Shown here: positions 24,118 through 35,672 of the stretch, in pieces
How the letters are laid out: each line of letters opens with the position of its first letter
Numbering within the stretch: position 1 is the stretch's first letter
Assembly: GCF_009834535.1 (NCBI RefSeq)
Contig: NC_045714.1
Location: 8,370,001-8,434,000, forward strand
Source: Camelus ferus
Lineage: Eukaryota
Length of the DNA: 64,000 nucleotides
Direction: 5' to 3'
Notes under the pieces: generated by a model
Databases searched by the model: none
Seen by the model: only the letters and a program-made list of their open reading frames with translations
What the model was told of the DNA's origin: nothing
Program-made: the position numbers and the translations under genes

Positions 24118-25754
24118 CTAGAGGAGTTTAAAATTATTTTCAATGATCTCAGGCTGTCAAAAGCAAAAGGTCTCTTTTATACACATGGGCTGGGGTCATG
24201 CCTGTTAACTGTCTTCTTCACAATTGTCTGTCTTTTCCAAATATTCCACATGGACGTGGATTTGTGTTAAAATCTTGGAAAAAGTCAAGTTATTTTCCTT
24301 TTACAAGAAATACATAATTAGAACCATGACGTATTATGTTTATGGAAGTAACGCGTTAGGAATCAAGGTGATTGTAAGAGGCACTTGCTGTTAGAAGGTT
24401 AGTTGGTGTTGAGCCCATCAGTTGGCAAATGGTTTTGATCATGTTCACGGCAGAAAAAAACATTCTGAGCACACACTTCCCATACTTGCGTATTTATTCA
24501 TATGATAAAGATGCACTGTTTTACTCATCCAAATTTGAAATTAAAGACGGGTGACAATAAATATACTTTAAAAGAGAGGTGTCTAAGATTTCCTCCCAAG
24601 CTCCACTTTAGAGATCCCTGACCCAGTCTGCAGCGTTTGTGTAAGGAACTCACTGAAGAAGTCTGAGTTTGAAGACCACCCGCAACCCCTGTTTCTGCAC
24701 TTTTAGATGCAACGCCCACGTCTAAAGTAGATGCGACTGAGTGGATTGTAATGGACAGAAAACTGCAAATGCTCTTCATTCTGTCCTTTCTCTTTCTCTC
24801 TCCCACCTTCTCTCTCCCGGCCCCAATCTCCCCTTCCCCTCTGAGCAGACATGCTGAGGTCCAATTCTGGGACACGGGACCTTCTCAGCTCCCAAGTCAT
24901 GGGACAAAGGAAGAGTTCAGAGAATTGCAGCCTCTATTTATCTCGACAGGAGGGAACACTGCATTAAAAATTTTAACGCTGGGCTCATCTGACCTAACTC
25001 CTTCATCTTCAGCATCTTCGTTTGAATGATTCCTGCTCCGGGGACTTGGGACACAAACCCTTAAATTCCCAGGGGTGTCAGATCTTTGACTACATTTTCT
25101 GATTAAAAAGAAAAAAAAGATCTGGCAGCACAAACAGGGTGTGGAAAAACAGTACTCTTGACCTTGGAAAGAGTCTTAGCGACCACCTAGTCCAATGCCC
25201 ACGTTTTCACAGATGGGGCGATGGAGGCCCACGACCTGATCTGCCCGACACGGATATGGGGCACAGTCTGGCCTCGGATCTGACCTCTGGCTCCTCCCTG
25301 GCGCTCTTTCCACACAGCACAATGCCTCTCCAAAGGGTGTTCACCAATGATGTGAATTTTGCTGTCTGATGCAAGACGCAGTATCTTCCACACTGACTTT
25401 TTTGATACCAAGAGGGAGTCATTAATTGAGCAGATTCTATGTTTGAATCTGGAGACAAAGGGCCGATGTCTAGAAATTACTTTTGTGACAGGTGATCCTG
25501 GAATAATCCCAGTTACATTTAAAAATGGATAAAATCACATAATGCTGGGGTTTAAAATAAACTCTACCTTGTAGCAACAGTGAAATCAAAATGGCTGAGC
25601 TCATACGGTCCTGCATTTATGCATGTCCCAAATGCTCTCGGACACCTGGTGCTGTCTGAGCTCTGAACGGCAATTACACGAGCGAGGGCTGGTGGCAAGG
25701 AAGTGCCCTCCACCAACTAGCTTGCTCACTTTTTCAGAAAATACGAGGAACGTA

Positions 25755-26180
25755 TTATTATTTATTCACATACTCATAAAAAATGCATGGAGTGTCTTCT
25801 AAGACCTGGGATGTGTACTAGGTGCTGGGGTTATGTGTCCTCATGGAGAGCAAGACACTAAACAAATAATTCCACAAATGAATGTAAAATTTCAACTATG
25901 ATAAGTGCCATGGTGGGGGAGGGGAGGATTCGGTGCTTTAAAAAACAAACAAACAAACAAAAAAGGCTGAACCAGAGAATCAGATCCGTCATGACAATTA
26001 GGGAAGGCTTGACCGAGAAAGGGGGTGCCTGTGCCAATGATCTAAAGGGTGAGCAGAGGTGAACTGGAGACGGAAGGAAGCACACCCCATGCACAGGGAA
26101 CAGGATGCTCTCAGAGCCCTCGGCGAGCATCAGAGGGACGTGAAGGAAGTAGAAACGGCAGGAGTAGCCTGAGCTGGTCC
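25755..26180 (-). mobile_element. L2 fragment
   Basis: ctaggtgctgggg...ataagtgccatgg...agggaaggctt...gcacagggaacagga. Confidence 0.6.
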
Positions 26181-27757
26181 CCAGCGTCAGCTCCCCTGCT
26201 GCTTTCCTGGGAGAATCCCCAGGTGCGAGACCAACGACCTGGGGGTGGAGCTGACCTCACTTCCACCTCTCAGAAAGGGTCCTTGTTGGCTTCAGTAAAT
26301 CATGGATCCAGCTAACGTCACTGCAGCAGGCGCTCCATCGCTTCCTGACCCCACGCTGCTCTGATTTAAATTCTGTTGCTTTGCTTTCTGCACTTTAGAT
26401 GCTGTGTTATCCGTCCAGCTCACGGCTGCCGCTTCCTCGGTGCTCAGTTTACTCAGCCAGAGCCACAGGGGGCTACAAAAAAACAAAGGCTGGCTCTGGA
26501 GTTCTAGAACCCTTCCAGGACAGGTCCAGTTTACTCACTCCATCACACACCTCTGGTTTGGCTGGTGTCACTGCTTCCTCTGGTTCCCCTCGGCCTCCTC
26601 TCTCTCTCAGCCCCCTGAAGCTGGGACCATGGTCCCAGGGGGACTAGGCACAGAGATTTCCGACTTTTAACTGTGACTGAATAATAACAATAAAAGGGAC
26701 CCGTGCCAGGCAATGTTCCAGGCAACTGAACGTTCTAACAACAGTCCTATGAGGAAGGAACTAATTGTTACGTCCATTTTATAGTTAGGAACATCTTGAT
26801 CCCAGGTGGTTAAATAACTTGCTTGTGATCACAGTCATAAGGGGCAGAGTTGACCTCTGAAGCCAGGCAGTCCAGGTGCCCAAGCTGAACCCTCAACAGC
26901 TACTCTCTCTCTACTGCCTCTAACACACCAAGGTACCCCACTCCATGGGCTGTACTCCCCATCGGGGATGGACCGTCTACACCACGCATGCTCAGCCAGG
27001 GCAATATTAGCTCCAAGCAGGGGGAGAGTTGGAGGTGATGTTGCCTTGCTCTTGGGTGATGTGTTTTAGAAAAGTTTTAGATATTAATATACTCTCGGAC
27101 CCTACTAAGGGCCATGGCACATAAACAGATAAACAGTATACATGTTGTACTAAAATTCCATGGGGGGAAGGGCAATTAGGGATAAAAAAGCTTCCTGGTG
27201 GAGAGATGAGAATGAGAAAAAGACTGAGAAACACATCTATACTGCTCAGTTTCTCTGGGAAATGGCCAATTCTCTGCCCTGGGAAGATACCCTGAGATCC
27301 TTGAAAAACATCACAAGGGCAGGACTCTATCAGACGTATAATAATATCACTCTAATATATCTGTGTAATTGTTTGTTGACTATGCTTCTCCCTGGCCAGG
27401 CTGTGGGCTCTGTGAAGGTTCAGGGCTGTGACGCCTTGATCACCGTTACTTCCCTACCTCCCATCGGATTCAGTGTCTGGCATTGAGTAAATAACAAATT
27501 AACTGCATGCGAGGGACCACAGAGAGGTGCCCACACAGCATCCTGCCACGCCGTGTTCCCGCCCGCCACCCGCTCCTTACTGGTGGAGTCATAGACCACC
27601 GTGAGTCATCTCTCCCCCCGCCCACTCATCTCCTCACTTTCCAAAGAAGTGCTCCGAATGGCGTTCTGCCAGCATCAGCTGAATTACTCCTCTTTGCCTG
27701 CGTTCGGGAGGAGACTACAGAAATTCTCTCCGTGTTTTTTGGAAACAATCCCCTGAG

Positions 27758-27967
27758 TGGGGTGGCCAGACCGAGCAAATAACAGGGAGAAAATACGGTG
27801 TCCTGTTAAATCTGAATTTCAGATCGACAAAGAATCATTTTTTTTTTTTTTGCATAAGTAGGTCTCATATATTGTCTGGGACATACTTATAGTTATACTA
27901 AAAAAAATTTGCTGTTTATTGGAAATTTGAATTTAAGTGGGTACCTCTATTTTATCAGGCAACCCTA
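27758..27967. mobile_element. MER53 palindromic MITE
   Basis: TIRs tggggtggccaga / tcaggcaacccta; internal gggacatacttat; 8-nt TSD cccctgag / cccatgag. Confidence 0.85.
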
Positions 27968-30555
27968 CCCATGAGATTCTAATGTATTAGATTAGGGGAC
28001 TACATATCAGATAACCCTTACATTCTTCCACAATAAGTTCTCATCTTGTGTTTATGTCTGGGTGTGGGAGAGGAGAGGGAGGTGTTAGTAAGATACAAAT
28101 GTTATACCAAGAACCAAAAAAACAATGAATGTGCGGCAGAAGCTTATGAATCACATGAGGCAGCTGCTAAGATTTTAGCTGCCTCACAAGAGAGGGCAGG
28201 CACTGAGCAAGCCTGAGTGGGGAGAGGCACATTTCCGGGCATGGAAGACATTCTAAAACAACGTCCTGCCTTGTGTGCACGTGGTCAGGTCCACTGTTTG
28301 GAGGACGGGTGAAAAAGTGTTACTCTGAGGCATCGCATGTGATTAAGCCAAGAACCAAAAAAAAAAGATTCAAATTCAGCAAAGAAATGCTGCTGATTGC
28401 CTTATGATTTATAACAATAAACATTTCATTTATTAATTCCAGACTCCTCCACTCTTTTAAACTAAGAAAATTCTTTTTATAGGGGGGAAAGTTGACATAT
28501 AAAGAAATGAACCTTGGAGTTAACCAGAATTGATAACCATTGTGGTTGGTTTTTTGGGGTTTTGGGGGTTTTTTTGGGGGGGGTTTGAGCAAAACTAGAA
28601 GATAATGCTTGGATGTCAGTCTCTTCTGTCCCAGGTTACACTGAAATCAAGGTGGATGTCTCACACCTCCCATAACAAGGTTCATCGATAGAATCTGTCT
28701 GGTCAGTTTTAATGGCCCTATTTTCCTATCTTTTTTGGGTGACAGAACAATCAGTCCAGGAAAAGAAAAACACTGTCCCAGGCATGAAGGTAAAAGCCAA
28801 TGAGATCTACCAAACTGATGTATAAATGAGAATTAAGAACATCTGAGAATTGTCCTCTTAACTTTGATGTTAGGGGAAAAAAAAAAGACTTGAATATACA
28901 TCAAGGCAAAACCTCAGGTCTGTTTTACAGAAATCCCAGAAGGGGTTGCTACTTCTATGTCTTCTATGCCCAGTAGTTCCAGAACCTTCCCCTACCCCAA
29001 AATGCAACTCAGTGGGAGGATGTGAGGCCAAGGATTTGGAGAAGCCCCAGGAATACTGAACTTGGGTGGTCCACTTGTGGGAGGGGCAGAGATTCTGGAG
29101 ACGTGACACTTTGCAGTGCATGCAATGAATATCATCATGAGACACACATCTGCAAGGTGGGGGGAACCTGCACACGTCTTGGGCATTCAAGGCCCCCTGC
29201 TCACAGAAACCCCATATGGAATTCAGCTAGGTTCCTTTGTACCAGATCTGTGACACGTGTCATTAGCAGTTACCAAACTGTCTCCCACGTACAGTGGTGC
29301 CACTTTCTAATGTTCCCTCCCCCACTGCAACGTCTCCCATCCACCTCCTCCTCTCTTTACAGACCAGAATAACTCTGTATGGAAACTGAAGGGTGGCTTC
29401 ATAACACAGTTTGTTTATCAAATGCAGATTCAGCCACGAGAGCTTTCTATGGAGCGTTTATTTGCATACACAATCCTGGGACTATCACAGCCAGCTGGGG
29501 AAGTTCTTTTTAATAAGTTCATTCAACTTAGCGGAGAATGGTGGATATTTCAGGCACATTCAGAAGCATGCTAGCCCATTTCTGGGATCCGTTTAATGGA
29601 TGGTTTTAGACAAACACTGGCATTTTCTTAGACATTAGAATAGTGAAATCTCCCAAACCGACTTCTCTGCTGCCTTTACTTTCCAAGAACATGGGAGACC
29701 TTGCTCTGCCTTCCCTCATTGTTTGATTCTGTCTGGGATTCCGTCTGGGTTCAGCATAAGTTTAGTTAACACAGGGAAGAGGCGGAACAGACCACAGAAA
29801 GGCAAAATTGTTATGCTGCGGTTAGCAGAGTATTTCCCAAAGTGTAGAAAGCATACCATTGCTGGTATCAGAGATGGCTTCAGGCTGTGCTGAGATAGCA
29901 TATTAAATAATATTAAAATCAGGAAAATACTTTTCCCTTTTCAATTCTCATCATTCTAGGGCCATTCGGCGGAGAATCTGAGTCGGGTACTGGTGTATCT
30001 GTAACGCGTCTCTACCTCTGGCTAATTGCCCTTTAATAAGGCTGGAAAAGGGCAACGGACTCAGAGCTTTAAAATGAACGAGGTAGCTAGAATATAATCT
30101 CTTTTTAAAATTATCCTTATAATGGGAGCTTCCTCTTACGAAAAATGTTGCTGGTTTTCCAAGGGTGATGTAACATGAAGTTTCTTTTAAAGATACCTTC
30201 AAATAGAAAGTGAGTCGACTTCAATATAAAAGTACCCAGTCAGTAACCGTACACCTGTCAGAAATGATGCAGGTGGTATGCAAGCTTTCGACATTTGGGA
30301 GACACTGGGTTAGAAGGATAACCCCCGAACCCTGGTCCACACTGGGAAAATAGTCTGAGATGTTTATAACTGAGAACTGAAAGAAAAATCACTGAAACTT
30401 GATTCACATCATATTTAATTCCCCTCTAATGACGCCCACCACCCAAGGCTCCGTCTTCACTGAAGGGGAGCTGGGTGGAGGCAGGAAGGCACATGTGTCC
30501 AGTGGTGAAGACCAGGGTTCTTTTTTTCCCCCTCCTAGTTTGACAAGATACAGAC

Positions 30556-30690
30556 CTTATGCCTAAAGAATTTCCTAAAGGCGAGCCCTAGCCGGGGGCT
30601 ATGCAGGTGCTTTTTCTTGGCGCCTTTAGCCTGGCTCTCCGCCGTCTTCTGCCCAGCTTGTCCGTCACAGACACTTTCTGCTTTGGATGC
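30556..30690 (-). CDS. BCAS1: BCAS1 cassette exon, 135 nt ASKAESVCDGQAGQK...HSPRLGLAFRKFFRHK
   Basis: Acceptor gttgcccgaaag|GCA, donor AAG|gtctgt; 45 open codons matching the recalled alternative exon of human/mouse BCAS1; not in the ORF track. Confidence 0.92.
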
Positions 30691-33053
30691 CTTTCGGGCA
30701 ACAGCAGTCACAGCTTAGAACTTTTGTTTTTAAACAAAATCCATTTCTCGGTTGTTTTTAAGTGCAGTAATCCACTTCGACAGTTAGCTGCAGGTATGTT
30801 ACCCCTGTCTCCCCATCACGAGACATCATGGGGATGTGCATCTTTTTCAAACTTTCAAAGATGATTTATTACAGAGCATATTCACCATCTATTTCAGGTA
30901 CACATTGACTTTCGACACAGCAACCTATTTAAATGACCCAGATTAATGCCACTCCATGTGCTAAAGACAATGAAAGATATTTAAGCTTTGTCTAGAGGAC
31001 TTGAAGCCAGGTGACAATTTTAAAAATAAAAAAGATACTGCAGTCCCTACCTGACAGTTTTTAAAATCTAGATACCATTGTCACATGAAAAAGAAAAAAA
31101 AAATACTTGAAGACAAGCAATTTATTTTTGCATCCTGGAGTCAAGGCCAGCACTGCAGCTGAGTGACTTCCACTCTCAAATTGATCTCTTTTTCAGTATT
31201 GGAAACTTTAAGGAAGCAGTATCACCCACAAAAATTTCAACTGACTTCCAGACGGGCAGCTGTCCCAGGCAAAAGATGTCCTCAGTGTGAGCCATTCCAC
31301 TGAGCCAAAGTGGGGGGAGATTGGAATAGAAACAGCCCAGTTACAACCATTGAGAATTGCTGACTCAAGGCACAAGTGTGCTAAAAAGTGCCCAGGGCCA
31401 AGTGAGAAGATGGACAAAGCACGAATCCAAGTACTTCAGTAGAAAAGATGTCAAAAGGGCAAGGCATGGGAACCAGGTTGGTAGAAAGAGGTCTGTTTGT
31501 GGGTGTCACGGACAACCTACTTTCACAAAACCATCTTTTGAGATCCAGTTCCACTAGCGTTGGGCCCACAGCACTCTGGGCGGGGCCACGAGATTGCAGC
31601 ACTAGGTGCGTTCAGCTGGGACCACATTCTGGGTCGGGGAAGAGTCTTGGTGCATGAGCAGCTGGAGAGAGTGAGGGCATCGGGTCACTTGGGAAGCCAC
31701 ACAACACACCCACACGCCCCGCTGCTTGGGGCCTGCTGTGCTGACTATGGGACTTCAAACAATGCGAGACACAGAACGGAAAGAGAAACACTGGGACCCA
31801 ACCATTCACTGAACTTGACCCTGGCTGCCTTGTAGCAAATAAGTAATTTTATAGGAAAACGCATGTGTATGCCTCAGATATAGACTTTTTTCCATGGAGG
31901 GAGAAAATTCTAGAGGAAGCAGTCAACACAATACTAATGTAATCACAGTGTTCAATCTGTCCTGCAGTGACTGTGGGAACAGGGATCCCCTACATCTGAG
32001 CAGAGCTCCCCGGTTTACCAGGCACTGTCACGACCTTCATTCAGTCTTGGGGAGATAGACTTTTTATCGCCTCACTTTTACAGACATGGGAATGTGGGTC
32101 CAGACCGGTTAGGATCACACAGCTATCAAGTAGCGGTACTGAAGCTCTAACACAGAATCTGTCTTCTCTGACAAATTCTAGGATCCTTCTCACAACTCAG
32201 CCTCTTCAGATCTGGGTAGCAGATGCCCCGGGCTGGCCAAGCCATTTGTTTGGTCCCAGTGTCTTTCAAAGCCCTTTCAGTTATCAAGAGAAGGACACAA
32301 GACACTTATCTGTCACCAAGTTAAACTTTCCTCATGATTCCCGTGAAACTTAAGCCATGTGTTCTACTAGAGATGATCGGCTCTGTCAAGTATAAAGGAA
32401 AAACATCTCCAGAAAGTAGCCATTCCAAACAAAATTTATGTTGAGGGGAACTGGCTGAGTTTCTAGGATGACAGTGAAAAAGTGCCCGCTCTCGAGGGCA
32501 TCCTAACTCCTCTAAACGTTCCTACATTTGGCAAGTGTCGACTGGTGACTGTTTCGTTTCACCAAACAACTGCCACTGCAGTGAGATTAGTTTTTTTTTC
32601 AAATTACACGAAAAACAAAGTAAGACTCATTTTTTTAAAAACCAAAAATAGAGCAGCTTACGTCTACTTTAAACTGAGTCTCACCATTTTCTCATTTCCA
32701 GAGGCTAATTTTTACTCTATTCCCTGGGTCTCTCCACACACAGCTAAAAAAGACTAAAATGATATACAATGATTGGTATTCTGTTCTTGTTCTATACAAG
32801 AAATTGGCTTTTGTGACATTCTTTAGCCAGAATTGGTACATTTCCAGCTTCCCATCAAAATTTTCATTGAAACACAATTAATGTAAATGGAACGTTTTAA
32901 AGACAGTCTAACAGCACTACGAAATCGCTAAATATGTAAACATGTGTATACATCTATACACATGCATAAGATTCAAACAATAAAGAAGCACACATAAATC
33001 CAAATCCAACTCTATACACAAACCCAAACATAAACACGCTACAAGCTACTCAC

Positions 33054-33098
33054 CGTGTCTTCCAGATCTTTCTTTGTTTCAGCTTTGCTGGGTGAAAC
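33054..33098 (-). CDS. BCAS1: BCAS1 exon, 45 nt VSPSKAETKKDLEDT
   Basis: T-rich acceptor ending ttttaag|GTT, donor ACG|gtgagt; matches human VSPNKAETKKDPEDT; not in the ORF track. Confidence 0.94.
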
Positions 33099-33380
33099 CT
33101 TAAAAGTTTGAAAAAAAAAACAAGTGTTAAAAGCCATAGCTCTTTAGGGTGATTTTATTTCATAAATACATAATTTTTTAGGGTAGCCCAGTCCACGCTA
33201 CAGGTAAGGAATGTAATCACTGAGTACTTTTCGTTTAGCAGAAACTCTCGGACTTCTGGGTCACCCCTAAGTATACATAAGTTAACAAAATTAATATTTT
33301 ATAACAAAATGCATCCGATCTTACACATCCACCAAGAGCTTGGCCCCACTCAAAACTGTCTCCTGGAGGGCCACAGACTT

Positions 33381-33583
33381 TATTTTTTCCTTTTTTTAAA
33401 ACTTACCCTTTTTTTCCCCCATCTTTTTCTTCTTTTTGGTTATTTTTTAAAATTTTGGTTTCATTTTTTGGTGTGGGAGCTATTTAGGTTTATTTATTCA
33501 TTTTTTCATGGAGGGACTGGGGATTGAATCCAGGCCCTCATGCATGCTAAGCACGCGCCCCACCACTGAGCTAGACCCTTCCA
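33381..33583 (-). mobile_element. tRNA-Ala-derived SINE, long form
   Basis: tRNA head, aataaataaacctaa segment, A-rich tail; TSD gccacagactt (33370-80) / gctacagtctt (33584-94). Confidence 0.85.
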
Positions 33584-34276
33584 GCTACAGTCTTCCCAAC
33601 AATTCTACCACTAAAACAAACAAATGCACAAGCCTTTGGTGTTGGTGGCACATTCTGTTGATGTTTCCTGTCTTGCCTTTTGAAGTCAGTCTTGGTCTTT
33701 GGAAATAGCCCAAACACTTTGAGCTATCTGTTTAATTATGCATTCACTCATTCAGCCCTTTATTGAGTGTCTGGCATGTGCCAAGCCGTGGGCTCTGAAG
33801 ACACACAGATGAGCAGGCAATGCAAGACATGGGTCCCCGCCTCCACCCAACTTAAAAGGGAGCTGTAGGTGTAACAGGACAGGAAGAGACTTCTACAGTT
33901 TGATTTGCCATTTGAGTGGCAAAACTGCTTGGATAGGTCCTCATCTCAGGGAATTATTTTCCAATTATTTGTAGGATCAACAACTGGAGGACATCCAATG
34001 GCAGCAGCGCTCCATTACAACACAGCTCATGTCATACAGTTAGGGCACCCGCTGTTCATACCGCAGTTCCCAGCACCAAAGACTCCCTCACTGAAAGCCA
34101 ACTCCCTTACGAAGCACATCTTGTCCCTGTTCTGCAGTGTCCCAGCTGCATCATGGTGACACCCCATGTAGAACGAAGACATTCAAGTGCGCATCATTCT
34201 TAGAATTAACAAAACTTTCAAGCAATAGAATAAAATAGAATTTTAAGGAACAGAATGGAGAAAGGAAACTGCTTAC

Positions 34277-34423
34277 CAGGGTTTTAAAGAAGCTCATGAT
34301 GGAATTATTATTCTCTGTCTGGGGGTCTTCCTTTGCAGTCTCCAGTTCTTCAGGGTCCCCAGGGACAGAGCAACTCACAGTTGTGATTTCCTGTCCTTCC
34401 CTCCTCCTGCCGTCAGCTATGTC
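34277..34423 (-). CDS. BCAS1: BCAS1 exon, 147 nt [11 protein letters not shown]...[13 protein letters not shown]
   Basis: Acceptor ctctgtcttcctcctag|GAC, donor CTG|gtaagc; phase 0/0; conserved CSVPGDPE and [13 protein letters not shown]. Confidence 0.96.
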
Positions 34424-35414
34424 CTAGGAGGAAGACAGAGTTTTCACAGTTGCGACTTGTTGAATGTGTGGACTCCCAAAGTAATATTTTTGCTTCGCGC
34501 CCCTTTCTCCCTTCCCGCCTAATTCCAGCCATACTTCTTCTGCCCACGGCCGTGTAGAACAATCAGGAGCTTATGAGCATCCCTCTCCCTTCCCCTCCCC
34601 CTCTTTCTAACATATTCAGCATTTGCTGTTAGCTGGAGGGACATTGTTTGGAGCCAGAGGCTCACAAACACAGCAGTGCGTGTTGCATTCCAGACAAAAA
34701 CTCTTTTCTCCCAGCTCTGCAAAGAGGTTGTGTATGATGCCAATATTTTGTGGTCTTCTCGTCTAATCATTTGTGTATTATCCTCAGAGATGCTTCTATC
34801 TGATTTCCCACAATCCCCACAGTGATGAATTGTATCAACGAAAAAAAAAAGTACTGATGTTTTAAAATAATATTTCCGTTTTCAGGATGTGAGAGTTTAC
34901 GAATGCAAGGGGTGTGATTCAGGGACTGGTTTTCTCCTCTAGCTCACTCAGGAGGGTAGGATGCATTCTGAACGCTCTCCTTTTTTCATCTCCACTCCTG
35001 TGACCCTGGCCCAAGCCAGGTGCCCATAAGCCCATCCTTTCTTCAGGCTTGGGCTCAAGTTTACTTCCTCCACTGAAGTCCTTCTGGGTCCCAGCAGCCA
35101 CGGGACCTGTTCCCTTCTCTGAGTTTCTATACCACCACTCCCTGCACACTCACGTGGCACATGGGGTTACCTTAAAGCCAAGGACCAGGCCAGAAGAGTC
35201 TGCATTAAAAATGGGGCTTTTGGGGAAAGGAGATAAAAATACATAAACACATTCTGGTGAATATTTTAAAAGGTAGTAATAACGCCAGTATTCCGCAGGG
35301 TTTCGCTCAGCCCTGGTACTCTCTCTAAATGGAGCAGAGCTTCTTGTGAAACGCCTCATAAAGGGCTGGAACTTCACAAACCAAAAGCAGAGAAAAGCCA
35401 TGGTCTTAACAAGC

Positions 35415-35672
35415 TTTTAAGTAAGTTCTGAGGATCTAATATACAGCATGGTGACTATAGTTAGTAATACTGTACTAGATGCTTGAAAGTTTCTAGGAGA
35501 GTAGACCTTAAATGTCTTCACCACAAGAAAGAAATAGAAATTATGTGAGGACGAAGGAGTTATTAACTAAACCTACTGTGGTAATCTTTGCAATATATAC
35601 ACGTATCAAATCATCAAGTTGTACACTTTAAACTTACATGATATTATATTTCAATTATATATCAATAAATAT
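35415..35672 (+). mobile_element. L1 3' end fragment (L1MA-like)
   Basis: Typical gatctaatatacagcatggtgactatagtt...ttgtacac...tcaataaa 3' UTR. Confidence 0.7.

Noticed and set aside
24654-24721. 68-nt pseudo-exon (tttag|ACG...TCA|gtgagt) within ORF 24525..24875
   Set aside because: Not a multiple of 3 between phase-0 exons, weak -1 A donor, no homology. At most a poison exon.
28540-28590. T/G block run resembling ciliate telomeric T4G4
   Set aside because: Irregular unit lengths; best explained as a slipped homopolymer tract.
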